This document shows positions 1 to 10,424 of a stretch of 64,000 bases of DNA, piece after piece. The stretch covers positions 691,172 through 755,171 of the forward strand of contig NW_003314349.1 in NCBI RefSeq assembly GCF_000143415.4, given 5' to 3'. Origin of the DNA: Selaginella moellendorffii. Taxonomy: Eukaryota > Plantae > Lycopodiophyta. Each line of letters starts with the position of its first letter. The first letter of the stretch is position 1. The notes beneath the pieces are model-generated. The model was not told where the DNA came from. It searched no databases and was given only the letters and a program-made list of their open reading frames with translations. Both the position numbers and the translations under genes were made by a program.

Positions 1-697
1 AGCTCACCAAGGCGATGGCGCAGCGCTGCCAATGGATTTCGCTGCGTGCTATGCAATTGGTACGGGTATGACCAGTTGCCATCGATGCCAGCGAGGGTGG
101 CGCTCGAATGGCAGCCGCTGCTGAAGAATCGCCAAAGTTCGCTAGCCTGGCGCCTCGAAGAACCACGGGAGCGCAGTTTGAAATTTTCAAGCTTTTGGAC
201 TAAAATTTATTATTATATAATATTAAATAAACTAATATATGTTTTTGTCAATGAAATGTTGCCATCTTAGTCTCGACGTGGAACTTGGAAAAGCAACAAG
301 AAGGAAATAAGATGCAGTAGTGGAGACAAAATTTTCAACGAATCTGATCGTTTTCCCAAGACAAAGTCTAGCAATTACATACACCAACCACGTCCCCTCT
401 CTCGATCGAAAGTGAAATGAAACACTTCTAAAGATCGTGAAGATCCAGCAATTTATTTGGATGTTTGTCCTTTTCAGTGGCAGTGAAGTCTATAGCAATG
501 GCGCGTGGTGATGCATGAGTTCAATAATATATATTATATAAACTGTGCCTTTACTCATATGGATTCATGTTGTTCTATGTCCCAGCATTATAAAAAGGAA
601 AAGGAATTGACAAACACGGAACGATTTCCTCGACTAACTTTCAAAGGACAAAGTGATGCCGCCCCAAGAGACGTTACAGCATTGTATGCTGACTCCA

Positions 698-903
698 GCT
701 ATAAAGACGAGCGGCCTCACACTTCTCTCGAATATACTCGTTGAACTCTTAGTTTTAGCAGCAAATCATGGAGAACCAAGGCTTGCTTGGTGTTGTTTTC
801 GGTGCTTGCCATGTTTGTGCTGATGCTGGCCATGAGAGTGGACGTGGGAGGAATTGCACCTCGAGGATGGCGCTAGTATGGCGGCAGCTGCCACCGTAAC
901 TAG
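698..903 (+). pseudogene. Possible frameshifted small secreted-peptide gene
   Basis: A TATA-like CTATAAAG lies near 699 and an ATG at 768. The adjacent frame reads RTKACLVLFSVLAMFVLMLAMRVDVGG (signal-peptide-like) and then hits a stop. Confidence 0.3.
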
Positions 904-1059
904 AAAGCTAGCTCCTCTCTGTTATCGTAAGTTTCCTCTCGGCAATTTTGAATGTATAATTCAACTATGAAGAACAAGTTGAGGGAACACACTATGACCA
1001 ACAAATCCAATTGCCCATGTACGCTTATTCGCCATTGACAAATCAAAGCTCTATCTTGT

Positions 1060-1745
1060 CCGTCAAGAGAGTTTACTGTATTCCAGGAAAATGCCGGTAA
1101 AAGCAAAGGAAATGATCGATGCCAAAGGTTGCATGTGGGGAGATGGGTAGTAATATCACGTCCATGCCTAATAGTCTTGTTGTTTCCAGGACAAGTTTGG
1201 TCACATAAGACCTGTGGCCATCAACAATGCGAGTGTGGTAGTTGTAGGCGAACAGATTTCATAAAGTGTTCAAGCCAATAGATTTTATATCATTCAAACT
1301 TTCTCACTGATGGCGAGTGTAACTCTTACTTTGCAATCTGCAATCCAATTTTGCATCCTCCACTTGCCTTTGAAGATATAGGATCCAGGTAGCAGCATTC
1401 ACTGCCACAAGAATAGTCATCTGCTCAGTGTTGTTTGGGACAATTCAGGAGCTGAATCTGACACTTGGGGTGTCCAAAACTTTGACACCTCTACAACAAT
1501 TGGCTCAGACACTACTTTTGTCAGCATTCCAAATGTGATTTGGCTTGTAACTGCTTGCAACATAAGATGCATCAAGATTCTCATAGAATCGTGATGCAAC
1601 TTCTTTGCTTAGGAACTTTGCATGTTGGAGCTCCAAGGCCTCCCCAAGCTTGCTACTGATCTCTGGGTGCCATTTCATGAAGCTACTGCTCCACTTTCGG
1701 CTCGGTTTTCTGTCTGTCCAGCTTAGTGCTATAGATGCCTGGAAA
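1060..1745 (-). mobile_element. Pogo/Fot1-like (Tc1/mariner, DDE_1) transposase relic
   Basis: Manual minus-strand translation gives KPSRKWSSSFMKWHPEISSK...VASRFYENL...PNHIWNADKSS...EQMTILVAVNAA...YIFKGK...IVDGHRSYV...HMQPL. These match the WNxDE, IFKG, DGHxSH and QPLD motifs of Pogo-family transposases. Stops and frameshifts are present. Confidence 0.8.
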
Positions 1746-2981
1746 CAACAAGAAGAGAAGTAAGTTGGTTCTCTTTCTTTTATCTTTTACCTTTTCAGAT
1801 TGGCTTTCACTGACAAGAGCTGCCTGACAATTTTTCTGCACAACAGGCTAAAAGTGGTTTAATTAAGACCTCAAAGGACTTATAGTGTACCTCTGGATGC
1901 AATGACGGCCCAGAACGGGATAGAAGTGTTTGCACACAAGCTCTTCAAAGTAAGGTTGTACCTTTTGGACCAGCCAACGAAGTATTGTAAGATTTGCTCC
2001 GTGTAATGTTGTTCTGGCTGAGATTTGCAGTTGATGTAACAGTAAATCTTGTGATCGGATCTAGAAAACATAAAAGAAAGAAATGCTTTCCTTTTTACAA
2101 GAATGTTCTTACCTCAAGATTCTATGCACTTTCCTAGTCCACTCTTGAGACTAGTATATTTTAAGTCTATCCACTACAATTATTTTGTCTCAGAAGTCTC
2201 CTTGTGTTTCTCCTCCATGTTTAATGTAGTATTTAGGTTATGCTCCCACAATTCTTCACGTGGTCAGAGCCTCTCGCATGTGGATCGTTCGCCAAGGGAT
2301 AGCCACATAAAGCGATTCGTTTCTGGAGCTTTATTCCTTTCTTCTGCAACATTGATTTTGCGATGGCGCTTGCCATGTACCATATATCCACAAACAACAC
2401 TACTGCCACCAACTATTGTTGCTTTGCTCAAATCCTTTATAGTGCCCACCGGTTGCAACTCCACCATTTTGTGGAGCACGGAGCAAATCTATTCCCTGCC
2501 TCTGTTTGAAGATCCCGAGCGTGGATTTGCAGGCTCTCCATGCCTTGATGCTTGCAAGCAGACCTTACCAGTTCATGTTTTGTGGCTTCTCTTGCCTTTA
2601 AAACGTTTCCTTTGGTGTAGAAAAGGAGTGGCTTTCATTCAAGGAGCCTGCGGTTTAATCCCCAAAGACTTAGAAAGAAATGTCCAGGACACTGCATTAA
2701 CTTTGACTTATCAAGGTGCGAGCTTCTTCTGAATAGCATGGAACCAAGGTGAAGTTCCAGAGATCCAACCAAGAAAGCTCTTGTCTTAGTAAGCAAAGTG
2801 TGGAAGCGATGGACCAAGGATGAAGGCCTTTCTGAAGCAGAGAAGTGGTTTGCCAAAGTTCAAGCTTAACAATTTTAAGACTGATTCAGCCAACATTTCT
2901 ACAAATAAATGCATCAATTTAGAATGCTCTACTTGATTGCTAGACTTTTGATGGGATGTGTCTAAGGCAGATCCTAGACAT

Positions 2982-4210
2982 TCATTTAATTTCAGAAAAC
3001 TTCATCAAAATAAACCTACAAATCTCTTCAAAAGCCTTCATTGTTGTTTCAGCATGAGATGCAGTTCCTGCTGAAATCTCCACACAACCAATATCTGTCT
3101 TAGTTGGAGGTAATTTAGTGTTGGAGCGACTAAAACACCAATATCCCTTTCTTGATGTTATTTCCTTCTTCTCTGAACTTGATGTTCTCATGATCGTTCC
3201 TAAAGGCATGGAGCTTGAAACCCATTCTTTACAATTTTGTACCACAAACATCCGAGAAGTACAAGAAAGATTCTGTAAAAATAAAATAATATATAAAAAA
3301 GAAAAAAGAACATATGTTTTACCTTCACATATGAGCTTTGTCCAGCATCAGTGAAAGCAATGCATTTGAGACGTTGTAACACCTCTAACTCTGTAAAGTT
3401 CATAATAAATATAAAATATATCAAGTAAATAATTAAACCTCGATATTTTAGAAGCTCATAAGCATCATATCCACCACATGAATGTGCAATAATAGCAAGT
3501 TGTTTAGCTGGAAGTTTTTGACATATATTATCCCATACAGATATAATATGTTCTCTCCGATTCTTAAAGTATGACTCCTATAATAAAAACATTAATAAGT
3601 AAAGGTAGAATAAGAAAACTTAAAATTATATTACCGTTTTTAGAGAGGCATGATTTGGATTCAAAACTAATATTGCAATGTTCCTCTTGTGTGCCCACTC
3701 TAATAAAATATAAAGTTATATCTGACTAAAATACTAATTTTCTTAAAATTTACCAAGAAATGGCAAAACACTCCCAATCTTTAGTGAACCCTGTACCAAA
3801 ATTTAAATTCAGTCTCAAATTGGAAACTTATAAAGAACTTACATTAATACATAGCTTCCGAGCCCATTGCCCTGCACTGATATAAAACAAAACCAGAAAT
3901 TAAATCCCTGTACTAAAATTAATAGAGTTAAAAAACTTACGCTACTTTTCCAGCTCCACAGCCAAGAATAACAAGCTCATTAGCTTCAACAGCATTCTTA
4001 GATAAGAAAACAAAACACTGAAAAAGCACATAAGGTTTTAAAATCTCAAATTGAATCTAACCACTAAAACCTTTTGTGAGGGTAGCTCCACTCTCTCCAT
4101 ACCATACTTCTAGAAATAAAACAGTTAGCACGATTTTTTTTTACTTAACTAGTACCGTTTCCATAAGCTGATGCACAATAATCTCCAGAGCATCGCCTAC
4201 ACACTCATAA
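2982..4210 (-). CDS. FAM172A/ARB2A-like (Arb2 domain, alpha/beta-hydrolase fold) protein; at least 9 exons, 5' end uncertain
   Basis: Exons joined at GT-AG introns stay in phase: HYECVGDALEIIVHQLMET / KYGMERVELPSQK / CFVFLSKNAVEANELVILGCGAGKVA / AGQWARKLCIN / GSLKIGSVLPFL / EWAHKRNIAILVLNPN / HIISVWDNICQKLPAKQLAIIAHSCGG / RLKCIAFTDA / NCKEWVSSSMPLGT...CVEISAGTASHAETT. These are colinear with FAM172A motifs AGQWAR, VLNPN, VWD, AHSxGG, LTD, WVSS and SAGT-H. It lacks 56 nt present in the paralog near the 5' end. Confidence 0.85.
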
Positions 4211-4718
4211 TGAGATTGGCTTACAAACTGAAAACCAGCACCAGTCGCTATATGTCGCAGTTCTAAGCTTTCTTCATCTAATCTATAGCCCAACTCTTCC
4301 AATCTCTCCATCAAAGCAAACCCTAACTAGGTTTTAAAATAACATATACATATATTCCTTTTATCAAGGAAGAGCTCAGAATCACAAGACACTTGCATTG
4401 CATAGAGAATTGGATATATGCCAGTTGTTACTTGTTCTTAGTCTTTGCTTGCCACCATGGCTTCTACCTCAAGCTCTCAAGCTTGTCAAGCAGGAATCTC
4501 CTGATAAGCCTATATGGTCTTGAGAATGAATTTTTCTTTGCGAATGCTCTACTGGATGCGTCCTCGATTGCTTCCAATCTGGTCGTAGTGGCTACTAAGA
4601 GCTTTTGCAAAGCATCGATGCTTTGGAGTGGGCGTGTTTGCAAGAGCCACAGTAGCTTAGCTTGGAATAAAAAGAGCGGGCTTATTTGAAATGCTCTTAC
4701 TCTTAGGTCTAATCGAGA

Positions 4719-6480
4719 ATGCGGGCGATTCATTCGATCGCGGTGGCTGGAGCTCCTGGAGATCGCGGCGGGCGCCGGCAATCTCCTGGCCATGGCGCTG
4801 CCACTGGCGCCGGCGCTGGATCATCGAGGTAAGAATTCTCGCTCCAGTTTCAGGGTTTTCAATCGCGTTTCTTTCGCAGATGGAGAACTCCCAAGAACAA
4901 GAGCGGCTCCAATGCTGGAATTCCGTCGATCTACGACGCGTTGCAGCAGGCGGGAGCGATTCCGGGCGTTGGTGTCGTGCTTGCGGCATTGACAGCGTGT
5001 AGAAACTCGCGAGACCTCCAAACAGGTAAGCGAGTCCATAGCTACGTTGCCGAGCGAACGAATTACTGTTCTTCAAACAGCGTGGTGGCGAACTCTGTGC
5101 TGGATATGTACGCAAAGTGTGGAAGCATGGAGGACGCGTTGCAAGCTTTCTCTGAGATGAAGCATCGGGACGTCGTTTCGTGGACTTCCATGATCTCCGG
5201 ATATGCAAGGTGTGGAGATGGCGCTCTGGCTCTCAAGTTCTTCTTGCGCATGCAAGAAGAAGGCTGTGAGCCGGATCGTGTCACGGTCATCGCAGCAGTG
5301 AAGGCATGCTCTAGCTGCGCAGAGAAGGAAGAAGTTCGCGTGATACTAGGAAGAGCAGTGAAGATCAAATCGCTGGAACAGGGAAGAGCTCTTCATTCTC
5401 GAGTCGCCAGAGCAGGATTTGTCCGGGACCTTGCTGTGGCAAACTCGCTGGTGGATATGTACTCCAAGTGTGGGAGCATGGAAGATGCACAAAAGGTGTT
5501 TGAGAGCATGAGGCAGCGGGACGTGATTTCATGGACTTCGATAATTTCGGGTTATGCACAGGCTGGGGAAGCGGAGTTTGCTCTCGAGCTTTACTCGCGA
5601 ATGCAAGACGAAGGCTGCGCTCCAGATCGTGTGACTCTCCTCGCTGCGCTCAAGGCTTGTGCTAGCTTGGCCGAAGGAGAGAAAGATGGTCCCTCGAGAC
5701 AACAGTGGCTGGAGCAGGGGAGGGCTATTCATTCCAAGGCCGTGGCAAGTGGAAACCAGTCGGCAAACTCTCTACTCGACTTCTACGCGAAGTGTGGGAG
5801 CATGGAAGACGCTTGCACTGTGTTTCAAGCTATGGGTCGTCACAGCTCAATCTCGTGGAAGTGCATGATCCTGGGATATGTCTACAACGGGGAGTTCGAG
5901 CAAGCTCTCGAGTTTTACAAGCGCATGCAACTTTTCTAGCCAGCACGCTCGTCAGCTTCTACGCCAGTGTGGAAACATCCGGGACGCCTGGAAAGTGTTC
6001 CAAAAGGTGCGCCGTCACGACGCGCTGTCCTGGACTCGGGCTCTGCAACTAATGCGACGACGCGTCAACTTTCGTGGCTGCTCTAGCAGCAGCGCGGGAG
6101 CCCTGGAGCAGATATCTCCAGGTGTGGACTCGAGGACGCGAACGTCCTCGTTGATGGCTATGGGAAAACCGGGAACGCAAAGGCACAGCAGGCCTTCAAG
6201 TCACTGGCGAAACCAGACGAGGTTGCCTGGACGTCCGTGATAGCAGCACACAGCCGCGACGCGAAGCTCTTCGGCTTCTTTGCGTGCTCACGGCGTGCAG
6301 CCATACCGGGCTTGTCCGCCAAGCGCAGCGCTGCTCCAATGAGATGGAAGAAAAGTATGGAGTTCGTCCTGCCGAGCACTTGCGTGCCTTCGATCGGCTG
6401 GTTCAAGGGAGGCGAGGGACGAGGCGGGGTACTTGTTGATGGAGGCGATTTACTTGAGGGAGGAGCATGCTCAAATCATT
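4719..6480 (+). pseudogene. Chimeric PLS-PPR pseudogene (PPR-A 5' half fused to decayed PPR-B 3' half)
   Basis: Near-identical to 10425-11649 up to ...YKRMQ. At about 5931 it switches to FLASTLVSFYA..RDAWKVFQKVR, which matches the PPR-B family at 43390-44790. Stop at 5937-5939, followed by many indels. Confidence 0.9.
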
Positions 6481-6880
6481 TGAGAACGCGCTCTTTTTTT
6501 ACAAGCACAATGTACATACCAAAGAATATCCTCTTTCATTTCTACAAGGCGGCAAAATTTGATAAGATGCCGAGAAGATGCTGTTTTGACACGTGGCCGT
6601 GTCCTATTTGCTGCTGGGCGAAGCTTTGAAGCTCGTAGAGCCTGCCGTCCCCTTGGTTGCTAGGTTTATTGCATTCTCTATACGCGCTCTTCGTCTCCAA
6701 CAGCTAGGGCGTCGAAAATCCATCGTCTTTGTGCGCGCCCGGGCCTCGCGCTCTTATAATCCGGCTTCCGGCCGCCAGCAGGTACTGTGATGTGATCGCG
6801 CTCGATCAATCCTGTCTCCGATGTCGAAGCATTTCTAATCTTGCCGCTGCTGGCGCCAATGCAAAGATTTCGAGCGTGCC

Positions 6881-8111
6881 ATGGAGCCTGGCAGTGGAGG
6901 AGACGGAGAAATTCTAGAAATCTCGGCAAAGGTACGCTTGTACGTTATAATCCCTTTGCCGGCAGCGCTGTAGTGGATCTGTTCCACAGAACGATGAGCC
7001 ACGACTAGCCGCGCAACCTCTCGAGGAGTTTCCGGTACAATGCAGATTTCTTTCATCTCGGAATCTGGCAATATTCTTTCACGCAGGGAAATGAGAACCC
7101 AGCGCTCGAGCAACCGGTATGCTTTCAAAGATTCGACTCGATCTTCTCTTTAGTCGTTAAACGTTTCTTCTACTAAATTCTAGGCCCCGCGAGCTCACGG
7201 CAAATTGGTACAAGCGTTGTTCTTGCCAAAGTATGAGTCCGAGCGCTGTGTGTTTTGCAGCAAGGATTGGCGAGTCTATGTTGCTGGGCCTTATCATCTT
7301 TGGTAACCTTGTGTGCTTCTGCGTGCTCTCGACAGTCCAAGGAAAAGGTTCGTTTACAACTTTAGCTTACTTTGCTGATAGAATTGTTTCTATTGCAGAA
7401 TCTGCAGAACGACCAATCTCACCAAGCTGACATTGAGGATGACGACGCGGTTGAACTGGTATCCTGTCCGGATATTTGCCTGCTTAAGCTTTTCCTGCTC
7501 AGGAAATGCAGCCTCGCCGAGGACTCTCCTATATAGTGTCGTGTTCGTTCATCAAGAAACTGATCAGGAACATGGAGTGCAGTGATGTGCGCATCTCGCT
7601 CAAGCGGAATTCTTTCCTCACGGTGCAAAATCGCGAGACATACGCTCCCTACACCCGGTTTAAGGCAGCATATGAAGCGATGGAAAAGGACCATCCCGAT
7701 CTTGGTAAGAGCTCAGTGTTTCTTATGGAATTCTTTTCAATTTGAGCACGACCAGGTAACATCAGTGCTGAATTCGAACCAGCTGACGCCCCAGAGGTGT
7801 TGAAGTTCCTGTGGCACGGCACCCAAACGAAGAACGTTGCCTCGATCATGGAGAGGGGAATGCTCTCAAACCGGGCGAATGCTTACGGGAGGCGTGAGGC
7901 TTACTTCTGGTTCACACCCACTGTCAGATATGCGAGGCTCCACACCAGCAATGACACGAAGGAATACACGATTGTGCTATGTGCTACACTCTCCGCGCAA
8001 AAGCTGGACGAAGATCGTTTCACGGTGGACAGCGAGCGCCCAGATCTCGTGCTTCCCCTAGCGGAGTGGCATCTTCGCCGTGCGGAGCTCCAGCCCGGCC
8101 AAATGCGATAG
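6881..8111 (+). CDS. Stand-alone PARP-like (ARTD) ADP-ribosyltransferase-domain protein, 8 exons, about 290 aa
   Basis: ATG at 6881; seven GT-AG introns give an open frame: MEPGSGGDGEILEISAK / RCSG..EFP / GNENPALEQP / APRAHGKL / QGLASLCCWALSSLVTLCASACSRQSKEK / NLQ..VEL / EMQPRR..YTRFKAAYE..PDLG / NISAE..FLWHGT..IMERGM..NAYGRREAYF..VRYA..IVLC..DRFTV..VLPLAEW. The HGT, YG..YF, YA, LC and FxV..P order is the PARP catalytic fold. Confidence 0.8.
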
Positions 8112-8864
8112 CTAAATACCTATTTCTCAAACGAAACGAATATTCTCTAGCATTTACAATTAGCATTGACTTTTATTGGTCAAAGCCTCTTGCATAGCCA
8201 ATTTTCTCCTGTTTTGCGATGGCGCTTGTCATGTACCATACATCCACAAACAACACTACTGCCACCAGCTATTGTTGCTTTGCTCAAATCCTTATAATGC
8301 CCACTGGTGGTTGCAACTCCGCCACCATTTTGCTCCACAAGATCACACTCTATTCTCTGCCTTTGTCTTGAAGATCCCAAGCGTGGATTTGCAGGCTCTC
8401 CATTCTTTGATGCTTGCGAGCAGGCCTTACCAGTCCATGTTTTAGGCTTTTCTTGCTTTCAGAACGTTTCCTTTGGTGAAGAAGAAGAGTGGCTTTCATT
8501 CAAGGAGGCTGCGGTTTAATTCCCAAAGCCTTAGAAAGAAATGTTCAGGACACTGCATTAACTTTGACTTATCAAGGTGTGAGCTTTTTCTGAATGACAT
8601 GGAACCAAGGTGAAGTTCCAGAATCCAACCAAGAAAGCTCTTGGTCTTAGTAAGCAAAGTGTAGAAGCTTACTTATAGATGGACCAAGGATGAAAGCCTT
8701 TCTGAAGCAGAAAAGTTGTTTGCCAAAGTTGTTACTGACATTCCTCAAGTTTAACAATTTTAAGACTGATTCCAACATTAAAATGCATCAATTTAGAATG
8801 CGATTGTTAAAATTTTAATGGGAGGTTATTTAAGAATGTGTCTGATACAAAGAACTTTATACAT

Positions 8865-10110
8865 TCGTTTAATTTCAGAAAACTTCGTCAAAATACAAAA
8901 GCCTTCATGGTTGTTTCAGCATGAGATCCAGTTCCTGCTGAAATCTCCACACAACCAATATCTGTCTTAATTGGAGGTAATTTAGTGTTGGAGCGACTAA
9001 AACACCAATATCCCTTTCTTGATGTTATTTCCTTCTTCTCTGAACTTGATGTTGTCATGATCGTTCCCAAAGGCACGGAGCTTGAAACCCATTCTTTACA
9101 ATTTTGTACCACAAACATCTGAGAAGTAAAAGAAGATTCTGTAAAAATAAATTAATATATAATATAGAAAATAGAACATATGTTTTACCTTCACATATGA
9201 GCTTTGTCCAGCATCAGTGAAAGCAATGCATTTGAGACGTTGTAGCACCTCTAACTCTGTAAAGTCTAAAATAGACTAAAACCTCGATATTTTAGGAGCT
9301 CGTAAGCATGTGCAATAATAGCAATTTGTTTAGCTGGAAGTTTTTGACATACATATACAGATATAATATGTTGTCTCCATTCTCAAAGTATGACTCCTAT
9401 AATTCAAGCATGAATAAGGTAGAATAAAAAACTTAAAATTATAACCGTTTTTAGAGAGGTATGATTTGGATTCAAACCTAACATTCCTCTTGTGTGCCCA
9501 CTCTAATAAAATATCAAGTTATATCTGATTAAAATACTAATTTTCTTTAAAATTTACCAAGAAATGGCAAAACACTCCCAATCTTTAGTGAACCCTGTAC
9601 TACAAACTTAAATTCAGTCTCAATATAAGGAACTTACATTAATACATAGCTTTCGAGCCCACTGCTCTGCACTGATAATAACAAAACCAGAAATTAAATC
9701 TTTGTACTAAAACTAATTAAGTTAGAAAACTTACGCTACATTTCCAGCTCCACAGCCAAGAATAACAAGCTCGCTAGCTTTAACAGCATTCTTAGATAAG
9801 AAAACAAACCACTGACGGACAAAAGGTTTTAAAAATATAAATTGAATCTAACCACTAGAACCTTTTGTGAGGGTAACTCCATTCTCTCCATACCATACTT
9901 GTAGAAATAAATCAGTTAGCATGTGAAATTTCTACCTAAGTAGTACCGTTTCCATAAGCTAATCTCCAGAGCATCGCCTACACACTCATAATGAGGTTGG
10001 CTTACATCGCAATGGAGCTCGAACAAAACGGACTCTTCATCGATGAGGGGGGATCCCCCGGTAACTGAAAGCCAGCATCAGTCGCTATATGCCGCAGTTC
10101 TAAGCTTTCT
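8865..10110 (-). pseudogene. FAM172A/Arb2-like paralog, disrupted
   Basis: Colinear copy of 2982-4270. Deletions remove the SCGG nucleophile motif (near 9305-9312) and parts of other exons. Confidence 0.85.
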
Positions 10111-10424
10111 TTCTATTAAAATTATATTCCTTTATCCTTTGCTTGCCGTACCTCAAGCTTGTCAAGCAGGATAAGGCTATATGGAAGTCCGTTGACACGG
10201 TCTAAATGAAATTTTCCTTGTGAATGCTCTACTGGATGCGTTCTTGATTGCTTCCAATCCATGGTCGTATTGGCTACTAAGAGCTTTTGCAAAACATCGA
10301 TGCTTTGGAGTGGACGTGTTTTTGCAAGAGCCACAGTAGCTTCGCTGTGCCTGCTAATAACAGGAGCTTGGAATAAAAAGAGCGGGCTTATTTGAAATGC
10401 TCTTACTCTTAGGTCTAATCGAGA

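Noticed and set aside
2103-2900. 209-aa ORF 2103-2732 and overlapping minus-strand ORFs
   Set aside because: No recognisable motifs, and the frame is not preserved in the duplicate at 8210-8800.
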